DNA from: Leptolyngbyaceae cyanobacterium
GTDB lineage: Bacteria > Cyanobacteriota > Cyanobacteriia > Phormidesmidales > Phormidesmidaceae
NCBI GenBank assembly: GCA_965263355.1
Contig: CBDHHL010000032.1
Span: 1,312,001 to 1,376,000 of the forward strand
Direction: 5' to 3'
Length of the DNA stretch: 64,000 nucleotides
A program made the translations under genes and the position numbers. The stretch's first letter is position 1. Each line of letters starts with the position of its first letter. This document shows, one piece after another, positions 1-10,457 of the stretch. Below the pieces are notes generated by a model. The model ran no database searches. It had not been told where the DNA came from and was given only the letters and a program-made list of their open reading frames with translations.

Positions 1-500
1 AAGACAACACGGACGTCTGGCCTGACAGACGTCTGTGCTGAAGCCAACCACAAGCTGATGCTGACTCATGCTTAAATTGCTTGGGGAAAATAGTCAAAAA
101 CTCTCTGTACAACAGGAAAATACGATATGTGCAGGTTGAACTACCTGGCCCTTAAGCGATAGAAGTGCCAAGACTTATTGCCATCCACCATAACGCATAT
201 TGTTTATTTCATGGGGCCTATATAAACCTTGACCAGATCTAAAACGGTCACTTTTACCTAGAAGAACCTACAGATTTCAATGTGGGCGTGGCTTGATAGC
301 AATTATGTTTATGGAATAGTATGAACGAAATTAATAATTAACCACTCGATAACGACAACAGAATCCCTCCACATCAACCAACTGAGAAGCACTAGAGCTA
401 TATACATATAGACAACATACCTATAGACAACGGCAAAACAGTCAAGACAACCGACAGGTATCCTACCTATGTTAGAAATGTTCTTACATTAGGTATCTCC

Positions 501-1304
501 ATGACTATGGCGTCTAAGCTGACGCAGCAGCAGGAGTTTTGGGCTGGGGCTCAGCAAACTATTCCACTGATTGTCGGCGCAATTCCCTTTGGCATTATTT
601 TTGGTACCCTGGCCGCTCTTCCCAGCATGTCTGCCATTGTCTTTGCGGGCTCTTCCCAGTTTATTGCCCTGGGGCTGTTAGGGGCCGGCACCCCCCTCGG
701 GATTATTGTCCTCACCACCTGGGTGGTAAACCTCCGACACCTGCTATATGCCGTTAGTCTTGTTCCCTATGTCAAACACCTGAGTCAGGCTTGGAAGCTG
801 CCGTTGGGGTTTTTGCTAACCGATGTAAACCTCCGACACCTGCTATATGCCGTTAGTCTTGTTCCCTATGTCAAACACCTGAGTCAGGCTTGGAAGCTGC
901 CGTTGGGGTTTTTGCTAACCGATGAAAACTTTATGGTAGCCATCCAACGCTATCGTCAGGACGATTCGTCTAACTACAAACATTGGTTTCAGCTGGGTTC
1001 CGCCCTGGCTATGTATGTCAACTGGCAGCTCTGTACGTTATTGGGCCTAACCCTAGGGCAGAGCATTCCCAATGCAGCTGCCTGGGGTCTAGATTTTGCT
1101 ATGGTCGCCACCTTTATCGGCATGACCATTCCCTACCTGACTAACCGCCCCATGGTCGCTACGGTAGTCGTCTCAGGGATAACGGCCCTATGCGTTCGAG
1201 CATTACCCCATCAGTTGGGACTAATGGTGGCTGCGATCGCAGGCATCATCACAGGTGTCTTACTTGAAAATCAATTAAACAAAGCATCTAAGGAAAAACC
1301 ATGA
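501..1304 (+). CDS. azlC: AzlC-family branched-chain amino acid exporter permease, with an internal 33-aa tandem duplication
   Basis: [21 protein letters not shown] and GLDFA motifs; overlaps the downstream azlD start; exact 99-bp duplication at 726-923. Confidence 0.88.
   Translation: MTMASKLTQQQEFWAGAQQTIPLIVGAIPFGIIFGTLAALPSMSAIVFAGSSQFIALGLLGAGTPLGIIVLTTWVVNLRHLLYAVSLVPYVKHLSQAWKLPLGFLLTDVNLRHLLYAVSLVPYVKHLSQAWKLPLGFLLTDENFMVAIQRYRQDDSSNYKHWFQLGSALAMYVNWQLCTLLGLTLGQSIPNAAAWGLDFAMVATFIGMTIPYLTNRPMVATVVVSGITALCVRALPHQLGLMVAAIAGIITGVLLENQLNKASKEKP
726..923 (+). repeat. Exact 99-bp tandem duplication inside azlC
   Basis: 726-824 is identical to 825-923. Confidence 0.95.
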
Positions 1305-1621
1305 CTAACGAAGTAATCCTCCTCGGCGGCATGACTCTAGTGACCTTTCTCATTCGCTATCCCCTGCTGGCCATGAGTGGTCGCATCACTCTGCCACCTC
1401 GCCTACTACAGGCTCTGAATTATGTACCTCCAGCAGTGCTGACTGCAATTGTTGTTCCCAGTGTTTTAGTAGAAGAGAATAGCCTATGGGTTGGTTTTGA
1501 TAATCCTCGCCTGATCGGTGCTCTAGTGGCCCTAAGTGTTGGAGTTTGGAAAAAGAATTTGTTGTTAACAATTCTGGTAGGGATGAGTGTGTTTTTGTTG
1601 TGGAAAACTCTCTTTGGTTAG
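1301..1621 (+). CDS. azlD: AzlD-family protein
   Basis: Small membrane protein with [14 protein letters not shown] motif; ATGA overlap with azlC. Confidence 0.88.
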   Translation: MTNEVILLGGMTLVTFLIRYPLLAMSGRITLPPRLLQALNYVPPAVLTAIVVPSVLVEENSLWVGFDNPRLIGALVALSVGVWKKNLLLTILVGMSVFLLWKTLFG

Positions 1622-1778
1622 AGTAGTACAAAAAGAGTGACTCTTCATCCTGTTTACTCTTTACATACCCGAGCCCAAATCGTAGGCTTGACAGACCACA
1701 AGTTAAAACCATGAGCTGAATTTTTAACAAATCCTAAGAATTTGAAAAAAGAGAAACCCATGCACAAGTCAAAAATAA

Positions 1779-1817
1779 AAATAGCCGTCTCAAACTCAAG
1801 AGTTCAAAACGGCTATG
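1779..1817 (-). terminator. Probable intrinsic terminator after the PEP-CTERM gene
   Basis: ATAGCCGT...ACGGCTAT inverted repeat with an A-rich run on its left (U tract on the minus strand). Confidence 0.5.
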
Positions 1818-1837
1818 GATTATTCAAGAAATATATC

Positions 1838-2723
1838 TTACTGATTACGACGTAGCGTTACTAACGTACCTAGTCCAGCTAACGCCAACGCGACTGTCGT
1901 TGTCGGTTCAGGTACTGCAGTAGGTTCGTCTCCAGGCTCAGTCACGGGTGGAATCGAACTGGCTCGTCACAGGCGGATCGATCACTGGCTCGTCATCGTC
2001 TTCCTCAGGCGGATCGATCACTGGCTCGTCATCGTCTTCCTCAGGCGGATCGATCACTGGCTCGTCATCGTCTTCCTCAGGCGGATCGATCACTGGCTCG
2101 TCATCGTCTTCCTCGGGCGGATCAATTACTGGTGGCTCATCCTCATCAGCCTCAAGTAGGGGTAAAACACCAAAGGCATCAAAGGCCCACTGATTAGTGC
2201 GAATATCCCCGGTAAAATCGCAAAAAGAACTGCCAATGGGACATCTTGAAAGATCACCAGTGAAATTACCATTACCGGTCTCACGAAATCCATCCGCTAG
2301 GTAATAGGTATTGGGAAAGTTGTCATACTGGCTCAATGCAAGGGTATAGTTACCAGCCATCAAGTCAATTTTCAACAAAACATCGTAAGCTTGACGCGTT
2401 GTTGGATCCTCAGCAACAGTGCCTGCCTCACCGTCATCCCCTAAGGCAATCAACTTCCCATGGGTATCAAATAAGGATAGGATGGGGTCAAAGCCACCTG
2501 CAGCAATGACGGTACCGTCTGCTTGAGTACCTCCTGCATAGGAATAGGTTTTGAAGGTGACCATCGACTCTGTGCCAACGCTGAAATCAAACAGGTGCAC
2601 ATCATCGTCTTGAGCGAATGTACCACGGAAGGAAAAGTCGGCAGCATTAGCCGTGCTGTTTATGCCAAGTGTGGTCAGCATCGCACCAGTGACCACCCAT
2701 AGTAGGGCTGACAATGGTTTCAT
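1838..2723 (-). pseudogene. DVUA0089-like PEP-CTERM exosortase substrate with the sorting signal out of frame
   Basis: Signal peptide and GGFDPILSLFD domain in ORF 1938-2723; another frame encodes VPEPTTTVALALAGLGTLVTLRRNQ-stop ending at 1838. Confidence 0.75.
1971..2147 (-). repeat. 36-bp coding tandem repeat (EEDDDEPVIDPP), four exact copies plus one diverged copy
   Basis: aggcggatcgatcactggctcgtcatcgtcttcctc at 1971, 2007, 2043 and 2079. Confidence 0.95.
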
Positions 2724-3305
2724 AAGACTGTTTTTAAAGGAATAGTGGAGACGTTAAGCTGTCGTATTAAGCTGCAGGATAGATTTGCCTGTAGGGTAAT
2801 TAACGATCAAATGCGTTTACTGCAGCAACGGTAGAAACTTGGTTAAAAACGGTGACATCCTAAGATGCCTATAACACACTGGAAGATGCTGATCTATCTG
2901 CTTTAATGCAGTGTTGTGCGATTATTGCCCTGCCTGATAGTGACAATCTATTACAAGTAAAGAAGTATCAACAACTGTTGGTGCTCAACTTTAATAAGAC
3001 CTCAATTAATCTCCGTCAGATGTGAAATTCCTCTATTCCAGGTTCATATTACGGGGAAAAATTACGGACACTTGTGGGGCCTGAGTTTCACAATCCAGGC
3101 AAATGGTTAACTGTGAACAATATGGCATCCACACGACTTGGAAGGTTACGAGCAGAGAAAAATAAAAGCCTTTATTTTCAATGGTTCTGAAAAATCGAAA
3201 TCATCAGATTTTTGCTATCGCTGAACGTGGTTGCGCCGTTTCAAATTTTCTTTCGTGATAACCTTCCAAGTCGTGCATCCACCCTTATGAGGGCTGATGT
3301 GCGAC

Positions 3306-5015
3306 TTATGGCCGTTGCCATTCACCAATGTTCCAGGTGTGTAGATCCCAGGGGGTTAAATCAATGCCAGTAAGGCGGTTACTGACGGCATCAATGTCAG
3401 CACGATGAACGATGGGCAACACAGCATAGTCTTTGATCAACGTATCGTTCATCTGGATCAGTAACTCCGTCCGTTTGGCGACATCCAGCTCTGTGGTGGA
3501 CTGCTGCCACAGGGCATCGTACTCAGGGTTGCAATAACGGCTATAGTTGCGCCCCGACCAGTTATTGGCTTTTTGGCTGCTCTCGTCACAGGTGTAGGTT
3601 TTAAGGTAAGCCCCTGGATCTGGGTTGGTGTTGCCAGTGGCAAACATTTGTAGATCGGCGTAAAAATGCTCTACGGTGTCTTCGCTGGCAGGGTCACTGG
3701 CAAAGTAAACCGCTGGGTCAAGAGATCGCAACTCAGTGCCAACGCCAATGGCGGCTAGATTTTGTTTAATGATTTCCTGGGTCTTTTGACGGACAGGATT
3801 GACGGACGTAATAAAGAGGACCTGCATTTCGGTGCCGTTGCGATCGCGTGTTCCATCGCCATTACTATCGACCCACCCAGCTTCATCCAATAGCTGATTC
3901 GCCTGCTCTAGATCAAAGGCATAGCTCGTATTAGCTGAGCGGTAGCTTTCTGGCGATACCAAAAAGTTCACCGTACCTTGACCGGCAGGGCCATAAAGCT
4001 GGTCGGCGATGGTATCACGGTTAATGGCCAGACTAAAGGCCTGACGCACATTAATATCAGTAAAAAATGGATGGGGAAAGTCCAGGCTGGACCGCTCGCC
4101 GCTCGCCGCAGTTTGATTTGGATCCGTAAAGTTAAACAAGACCCGCTCCACCAGGGACCCAAAGCTGGTGACAAACTGTCCCTGACCACCGGTTTCTAGC
4201 TGTTTTAGTACCGGGGCCTCAATTTGAACGTTATAGGCAAAATCAGCATCCCCAGTTTGCATCACAGCCCGTGCCGCTGATGCCGCATCCCCCCCACCTT
4301 TGAGTTCCACCCGCTCAAAGCCAACGGACTCGCGATAGTGAGGATTAGGCTCATACACCACCACATCCCCTGGCTTAAAGGTGGTGACCTGGTAAGGACC
4401 GGTCCCGATGGGCTGTAAATTAGCCGGGGCCGACCGGACATTGGCATCATTAAAATCCTGAAAGGCATGGGCTGGTAAAATCATGCCGCTGGTGCCCGTA
4501 AAGACTAGCGACCAGGCAGGATTCGGGTCTTGAAAGGTGATTTTTACCTCGGTTGGGCCCTGGGCCTCCACCGTTTTAATAGTCTCGTAGGTACCGGCGG
4601 TGGTACTGCCCACGTCGGGATTGCTCAATAGCTCATAGGTAAAAACAACGTCCTCGGCGGTAAATGGAGTGCCATCGGACCACAGCACATCAGACCGTAA
4701 TTTCCAGGTCACAGCGGTACCATCACTGGCCACACCACCATTCTCAATGGAGGGAATTTCGGCAGCTAAAAAGGGGCGCAGATTGCCCGCCGCATCAAAG
4801 CTGGCTAAGGGCTCCAAGGTAATCCGACTGGCTTCAGCATCTTTAAAGCCGTTAGACAGATGCGGATTTAGAATAGTGGGTGCCTGCCAGTACAGCAGTT
4901 TAAGGGTGCTGTCGTCATTATCAGCAGATGGACCAGGGGCAGGGCGACAGGCCCCCAACGTTATCAGAACACCTATCAAATAAGAGCCAATCAACCAGCG
5001 AGCAGAGCCTTTCAT
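3306..5015 (-). CDS. Peptide/nickel ABC transporter substrate-binding lipoprotein (SBP family 5)
   Basis: Lipobox LGAC; LNPHL, WSDGTPFTAEDVVFT and PIGTGPY motifs. Confidence 0.9.
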   Translation of the reverse strand: MKGSARWLIGSYLIGVLITLGACRPAPGPSADNDDSTLKLLYWQAPTILNPHLSNGFKDAEASRITLEPLASFDAAGNLRPFLAAEIPSIENGGVASDGTAVTWKLRSDVLWSDGTPFTAEDVVFTYELLSNPDVGSTTAGTYETIKTVEAQGPTEVKITFQDPNPAWSLVFTGTSGMILPAHAFQDFNDANVRSAPANLQPIGTGPYQVTTFKPGDVVVYEPNPHYRESVGFERVELKGGGDAASAARAVMQTGDADFAYNVQIEAPVLKQLETGGQGQFVTSFGSLVERVLFNFTDPNQTAASGERSSLDFPHPFFTDINVRQAFSLAINRDTIADQLYGPAGQGTVNFLVSPESYRSANTSYAFDLEQANQLLDEAGWVDSNGDGTRDRNGTEMQVLFITSVNPVRQKTQEIIKQNLAAIGVGTELRSLDPAVYFASDPASEDTVEHFYADLQMFATGNTNPDPGAYLKTYTCDESSQKANNWSGRNYSRYCNPEYDALWQQSTTELDVAKRTELLIQMNDTLIKDYAVLPIVHRADIDAVSNRLTGIDLTPWDLHTWNIGEWQRP

Positions 5016-5119
5016 AGAGCCAGTATTGAGTAAAGCTAAAAAATTCCCCCAGGGTCTCGCCTTTTAGGCTCGTCTTTTTAAGGGAAATGGCATCATAAGA
5101 TAATGCGCTAAAGATTTCT

Positions 5120-5428
5120 ATGAAGCAACTGGTTGACTCATTTTATTCTTGGTACCGTAACGGCTTGCGAAATCCTAACTATCGCTGGTTGATTATCCTT
5201 GGGACGTTGGCTTACTTATTAAGCCCGATTGATATTTCACCCGATGTGTTTCCCCTAATCGGCTGGATTGACGACGGCATTTTAATCACCCTGCTGATAG
5301 CCGAAGTGGCCCAGCTGTTTCAAGGAGGCTTTAACCAGCCTAATCAGACATCTGCTGAGGACTCAAATAGCAAGAATGGCGAAGATGACGGGGTCGTTGT
5401 GGATGTCAATGCTCAAGAGGTGCCCTAG
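5120..5428 (+). CDS. YkvA/DUF1232 family membrane protein
   Basis: YLLSPIDISPD...IGWIDD signature. Confidence 0.85.
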   Translation: MKQLVDSFYSWYRNGLRNPNYRWLIILGTLAYLLSPIDISPDVFPLIGWIDDGILITLLIAEVAQLFQGGFNQPNQTSAEDSNSKNGEDDGVVVDVNAQEVP

Positions 5429-5430
5429 GG

Positions 5431-5459
5431 TATAGAGACGTTCCATGAAACGCCTCTAC
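5431..5459. repeat. GTAG-type REP palindrome (GGCGTTCCATGGAACGCC family)
   Basis: tagagacgttccatgaaacgcctctac; related copies at 18655, 35618 and 35931. Confidence 0.75.
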
Positions 5460-7360
5460 AAAGAATTGGGATTATTGTTGGTCTCTTCAGAGGGCGTTGC
5501 CTCCTCCTGATCATTACCACCAGTTTCTACGTCTTTCCCGCTTACCTCCTCTGATGGCCCCTCCGCCTCCGCTTCAACCGGGTCTACCAGCTGCCAGTTG
5601 GCAATATCCCAGGTACTTGCATCCCAAGGGGTAAAGTTATACCCCGTAATGCGATAGCTGACGCCATTGGAAAGCGCCCGATGCACGATGGGTAAAACCG
5701 CCACATCACTGGCTAGTTTTTGGTCCATCTGGCGGAATAGCTCGTTACGCTGATCAGAATCTCGCTCTTCGCGGACTGCCTCCCAGAGCTGGTCGTAGTC
5801 TGGATTGCAATAGCGGGCGTTGTTGGGTTTTTGCCAATTATTGTCCAGGGCTGCAATGTTATCGCAGGTCCACCAGCTCATATAAATAGTCGGGTCGGGG
5901 ATATCGTTGCCGATGGCGTATTCCTGCATATCGGCATAGAAGTGGTTAATACTCTTGGTCTGGTCTGGGTCGGCGGAGAAAAAGTCCTCGGTACGTACCC
6001 GTTCGATCAAGACATTTATGCCGATTTCGGCTAGCTGCTCCTGGACCAAACTTTGGGTGGCCTGACGAATAGTGCCGATGGAGGTTTGAAAGACAAGGGT
6101 GAGGGGTTGATTGTTGCGATCGCGAATCCCATCCCCATCACTATCCACCCAGCCTGCTTCTTCCAAAAGCGCCCTGGCCGTATCCACATCGTGCTTAAAC
6201 GTAATCGGGTCATCCTTAGACAGGTTCGGGGCCACCAATAATTGGGATGTCGGTTTACCCAAATCCCCATAGAGCTGATCCACAATGGCCTGACGGTCAA
6301 TGCCATAGTCAATCGCCTGACGGACCCGTAAATCCTGCAAAATCGGATGGGGAAAATCAATGCTGGCCCGTTCTTTTGCCTCAGTTTCTTGCTTGGGATC
6401 GGTAAAGTTCAGCATAATGCGCTCCACCTGACTGCCAAAGGTAAGCACCAGACTGCCCGCCTCGCCGGTTTGCACCAAATCTATCAGCGCCGCTGACTCT
6501 AACTGAATATTATGGGCAAAGTCAGCGGTACCATCCCGCAGCACATCACGGGCCGCCACATAGGGGGGCACATCACCGACCAGCTCAACCCGTTTAAAGT
6601 GTTTTACCGGTTGCCGATAGAGTTCATTCGGCGCAAATAGTAAACGACCATTGGCCTGAGTCAGATAGCGATAGGGACCCGTACCAATGGGCTGAAAGTT
6701 AGCAGGAGCTTCCCGCGCCTTACGATTGTTGAAATCTTTGAACAAATGTTCTGGCAAAATCAGGCCATTCAGACCGGTAAACGGTATTTGCCAGCTAGCC
6801 GTGGGCTGCTCAAATGTAATTTTGACCGTGTATTCATCCACGGCGTCCACCGACTCAATTCCCTTGTAATATTCGGCTGTGGCTGCAGCGACGGTGGCAT
6901 TGGTAATAAATTTATACGTAAACGCAACATCCTCAGCAGTGAGGGATTCACCGTCTGACCAGCGCAGGGTTTCCTGTAGTCGCCAGATGACCGACAACCC
7001 ATCTTCACTCACATCGCCATTTTCTAAAGACGGTAGTTTAGCCGCCAAAATCGGTATAAGTTCTCCATCTGGGCCGTAGCTAGCCAGGGGTTCGTAGACA
7101 ATGCGAGCCGCCTCAAAGTCTTGAAAGCCAGTCGCTAAATGGGGATTCAAGGTAACTGGCGAGCGACTGTAAATTAACGTAAGCACATCAGGCGCTTCAA
7201 CCACCTCCTCCACCGAGTCGTTATGGGGAGACTCGGTAACCGCTGCGGGAGGCTGTTGTACAGGTTTTTGACAGCCGGCAGCAGCTAACACGACTAAACT
7301 GGCCATTCTTAATTGCATAGGGAGGCGTTGCAGTAAGGAGTTTGACCAGGAAAAAACCAT
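5456..7360 (-). CDS. Second peptide ABC transporter substrate-binding lipoprotein (SBP family 5)
   Basis: Lipobox AAGC; LNPHL, WSDG and PIGTGPY motifs; paralogous to 3306-5015; the true start may be a downstream Met. Confidence 0.88.
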   Translation of the reverse strand: MVFSWSNSLLQRLPMQLRMASLVVLAAAGCQKPVQQPPAAVTESPHNDSVEEVVEAPDVLTLIYSRSPVTLNPHLATGFQDFEAARIVYEPLASYGPDGELIPILAAKLPSLENGDVSEDGLSVIWRLQETLRWSDGESLTAEDVAFTYKFITNATVAAATAEYYKGIESVDAVDEYTVKITFEQPTASWQIPFTGLNGLILPEHLFKDFNNRKAREAPANFQPIGTGPYRYLTQANGRLLFAPNELYRQPVKHFKRVELVGDVPPYVAARDVLRDGTADFAHNIQLESAALIDLVQTGEAGSLVLTFGSQVERIMLNFTDPKQETEAKERASIDFPHPILQDLRVRQAIDYGIDRQAIVDQLYGDLGKPTSQLLVAPNLSKDDPITFKHDVDTARALLEEAGWVDSDGDGIRDRNNQPLTLVFQTSIGTIRQATQSLVQEQLAEIGINVLIERVRTEDFFSADPDQTKSINHFYADMQEYAIGNDIPDPTIYMSWWTCDNIAALDNNWQKPNNARYCNPDYDQLWEAVREERDSDQRNELFRQMDQKLASDVAVLPIVHRALSNGVSYRITGYNFTPWDASTWDIANWQLVDPVEAEAEGPSEEVSGKDVETGGNDQEEATPSEETNNNPNSL

Positions 7361-7501
7361 GTTTGATCTGACGCTTTGTTATTGTCTGTCTGATAGTAGC
7401 CTCTGGTGTCGCTAAGTTGGGGGATATCAGTAGACAGAAAATTAAAGTGCAAGTGTTCTATATTTTCTCCTGACGTATGTTCATTTCTTAGAAGACCTAA
7501 T

Positions 7502-7554
7502 TGGTAGATGCACCCTGATGTCCTCCCCGGCGGTTTCCGCTGGGGAGTTTTTTT
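7502..7554 (+). ncRNA. Small RNA resembling NsiR1
   Basis: TGGTAGATGCACCCTGA core, followed by an 11-bp GC stem and T7 terminator; TCCTGA about 34 nt upstream; no + strand CDS to terminate. Family match is from memory. Confidence 0.6.
7523..7554 (+). terminator. Intrinsic terminator
   Basis: ctccccggcgg-ttt-ccgctggggag followed by ttttttt. Confidence 0.85.
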
Positions 7555-7602
7555 ATGCCGCCCAACATAACTTTTGAGCAGGAAAGTATTTAGCGATCGC
7601 AC

Positions 7603-7635
7603 AAAAAACCCCCACTAGCAAACACCCAGTGAGGG
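7603..7635 (-). terminator. Intrinsic terminator of the 7669-9701 genes
   Basis: Minus strand ccctcactggg...ctagtggggg followed by tttttt. Confidence 0.7.
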
Positions 7636-7668
7636 ACCTTAGAAAACTGTGTCTTTTATCAGGTGAGC

Positions 7669-8034
7669 CTACTCAGCTGCCGGAGCCTCAGCCTCAGCCG
7701 CCGGAGCTTCAGTTTCAGTACCTGCTTCATCTGTAGCCGCTTCATCAGCTGATGTTTCAGCATCCTCTTCAGGGACCTCAGGTTCAGGTTCAGGTTCCAC
7801 TTTCTGAGTAGGCTTGGGACCTCGCATCAGGGCAGGATTCATCGGCGGCTTTTTGTCCCGCTCATCCTTATCACCGCGTCCCTTGCCTTTACCTTTGCCT
7901 TTCCCCTTAGCCTTGGGCTTGCTCTTATTTAACGAAGGCTTACGCTCCCTGTCTTCTTCAGAGGGACGCTCTTGTTCAGGGGAACGATCTTGTTCAGGGG
8001 GACGATCTTTTTTTAAGATGGGCTTCTCTACCAT
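7669..8034 (-). CDS. Hypothetical low-complexity cyanobacterial protein
   Basis: ORF with a Lys/Gly-rich segment, NPALMRGPKP motif and acidic tail; ggag upstream of the ATG. Confidence 0.7.
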   Translation of the reverse strand: MVEKPILKKDRPPEQDRSPEQERPSEEDRERKPSLNKSKPKAKGKGKGKGKGRGDKDERDKKPPMNPALMRGPKPTQKVEPEPEPEVPEEDAETSADEAATDEAGTETEAPAAEAEAPAAE

Positions 8035-8123
8035 GGCGCTCCGTCAATTCTTGCTTAGTGATCCTAACATTTGCTTAATGACTTACTCTGACGGCTTTTT
8101 AGAAGTCAACGTTGTCCCCTGGC

Positions 8124-9701
8124 CTATCGAGCGAGTAATTGTGGCTTCTTATCCGCTGATTTGACAGGGGCACTTAACGCCTCTTCTAAGGGAGCAAGAC
8201 CTAGACGAGCCTCCAAAATATCCATGACTTCTCGGCCAAAATCGTTGGGGTTTTGGCGAAAGGCTTGCAAACAGATATCACCAAAGAACGAACCAAGGGG
8301 TTCTGGATTCCAGAGAAGTTTATTGGCTACCCAGGGCAGATGAATTGCCAGAGGGTTGTAATCCTTTTTAAGAATATTGTTTTCAATCGCGTAGGTCTCT
8401 AGATGGGTATGGGGCTGCAACCCAATAAAAAAGATGGCAGGTTCCACCTTGTCGCGCCCAAAAATTGCTTCTAGAGCACGGTGATAGGCCAATGTCTGAC
8501 GAATTGTTTCGTCCCGCTCATCGATGACATTAAAGGAATAATTAACCGACACCAGGTCATCAAACCCAGCTGCTTTAAGGTCACGGCAGTTTTGCAAAAC
8601 AGTGCGCAGGTTATAGCCCATACGCATTTTTCGGACCAATTCTTGAGAGCCACTGGTAATCCCGATTTCAAAATAGTTCATCCCAGTTTTAACCATCAGC
8701 TCGCACAGCTCTGGGGTCAGATTGTCTGCGCGAATGTAAGCGGCCCAGTGAATATCCTTCATCTCTGAGGCAAGGATCTTTTGCAGCAGTTCAATGGCAT
8801 CGTCAATAAACCGACGGGCTGGAATAAACTGGGCATCCGTAAACCAAAAATTACGAATGCCGCGATCATAGAGCTGCCGCATTTCCTTGACCACTTCGTC
8901 AGCGGGGTTAATGCGTACCTGCTTGCCTTCTACAACGGTGTAGATACAGTAGCAACAGTTATGGGGACAGCCACGCTTGGTCTGAACACCAATATAAAAG
9001 TCGTTTTCTTGCAAATAGTAATCAAACGCGGGCCAGATTTTCTCTATATACCCATAATCACAAGCACTTTTCTCGACAGGTGTGGGCCACTCATGGATCA
9101 AGCGATCGCGGGGTTCAGTTTCACCAACGATGTAGCAGCGTTCGTTCCCAATCGATTCCTGGCGGACCAGTTTTTCCAGCAACAATTCCCCTTCGCCAAC
9201 GGAGACAATAGTGCCCTCAGGCAACATGGAAGCCATCTGCTCATAAAAAACACTGACCGCACCACCCCCGACGACCAGTTTTACATCCTGACAGTAGCGC
9301 TGGGCACGCTTAAAGCCACGCTTAATCAGACCCGTATTTTGCCAGAGTTCATTGAGATAGGTGGTCACCATACGCAGCCCCCCCATGGCCCCACGCAGTT
9401 TAACTAGGGGGTTACGAGCATAGTTAAACTCAAAGGCATTTTGTAGGGGGTTACCACCCCGACCACCGACAGGCGCATAAATCTGAATATCACGCCAGGA
9501 AAAAACCAATAAATCGGGTTGAAATTCATCAATGCAGCGGTCTAGCGATGCACCAAAATCCAGGGGCGGCACCGTACCCAGATCAAAGATTTGCTGCTCT
9601 ACAGCAGGAAAAACCTTACGCAGGTGATCCGCCAGGTACACCACCCCGATTGGAAAAATAGGATTACAGGGAAGCCTTACGTATAGAACTCGATTAGCCA
9701 T
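8124..9701 (-). CDS. B12-binding radical SAM protein (photosystem II high-light acclimation radical SAM family)
   Basis: RGCPHNCCYC CxxxCxxC motif; N-terminal YVRLPCNPIFPIG; ATG at 9701. Confidence 0.88.
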   Translation of the reverse strand: MANRVLYVRLPCNPIFPIGVVYLADHLRKVFPAVEQQIFDLGTVPPLDFGASLDRCIDEFQPDLLVFSWRDIQIYAPVGGRGGNPLQNAFEFNYARNPLVKLRGAMGGLRMVTTYLNELWQNTGLIKRGFKRAQRYCQDVKLVVGGGAVSVFYEQMASMLPEGTIVSVGEGELLLEKLVRQESIGNERCYIVGETEPRDRLIHEWPTPVEKSACDYGYIEKIWPAFDYYLQENDFYIGVQTKRGCPHNCCYCIYTVVEGKQVRINPADEVVKEMRQLYDRGIRNFWFTDAQFIPARRFIDDAIELLQKILASEMKDIHWAAYIRADNLTPELCELMVKTGMNYFEIGITSGSQELVRKMRMGYNLRTVLQNCRDLKAAGFDDLVSVNYSFNVIDERDETIRQTLAYHRALEAIFGRDKVEPAIFFIGLQPHTHLETYAIENNILKKDYNPLAIHLPWVANKLLWNPEPLGSFFGDICLQAFRQNPNDFGREVMDILEARLGLAPLEEALSAPVKSADKKPQLLAR

Positions 9702-10457
9702 TGGTACACTGGTTTTCCTCAATTGTCTAGTGTAAATAAATGAAGTATTTTTTCAGTTTTTTCACATATCTTTACGATAACATTGCTAATCTGAGATTTC
9801 ACTGCTCCTATAGGTTTATTGCCTTAGGAAACTCATCTGAAACTGTAACGTCAACAGCACAAGATTAATTTTTTTTGATGGCAATGGATTTAACGTTTGC
9901 AGACATCAACCGATTACTTTTGGGCATACTCGCCCAGGGTAAGACATTCGCTTCAGAATAGTCGTTCAGTAGCCGACCTCAGACGCCGATTAATTGACTA
10001 AGTTCACTGTCGAAGCTCGATTTTTGGCCGCTAACGCCCCAGATAGGCGAGATTTACTAGCCTAAATCGATACTTTGCTGAGTATTTGTTGGGCCAATGC
10101 TTAGTACTTGTTGGGCCAGTATAAATGTCATCTCATCCACACATTAAGGACGTTTCTTCACCCCTTAAAAGCATTCGGTAAAACCACTTAAATGGACTAG
10201 AAAATGAAGTTATTTTGAAGCGATGCTTTAACGCTTGAAATGACGGAAGAAAGCCCTTTTAAGGGGAGTTATATTAAGAGAATTATATTTTTTATTCTCC
10301 AACAATAATTCGTATGTTAAGCCAGAAAATAGGCACTAGTTTGATCTATTAAGAATTCTGAAAGCCTCATTGGTAGCCGCTTTTACAGTTGTTGGGGATC
10401 AATAAATGCTAATGTTATGTTTAATGTTGGCATACCAATACGCTATTTTCTCCTCCC

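Noticed and set aside
1..75. Possible 3' end of a CDS entering the window
   Set aside because: Only 24 codons are visible and they are not identifiable
1948..2193. Ser/Gly-rich + strand ORF
   Set aside because: Antisense shadow of the 36-bp coding repeat
8781..9407. 208-aa + strand ORF
   Set aside because: Fully antisense to the radical SAM gene, with no motifs
10190..10270. Possible glutamine riboswitch (gacggaag) upstream of DUF1830
   Set aside because: Only a short core match; I could not build the flanking stems or conserved ends
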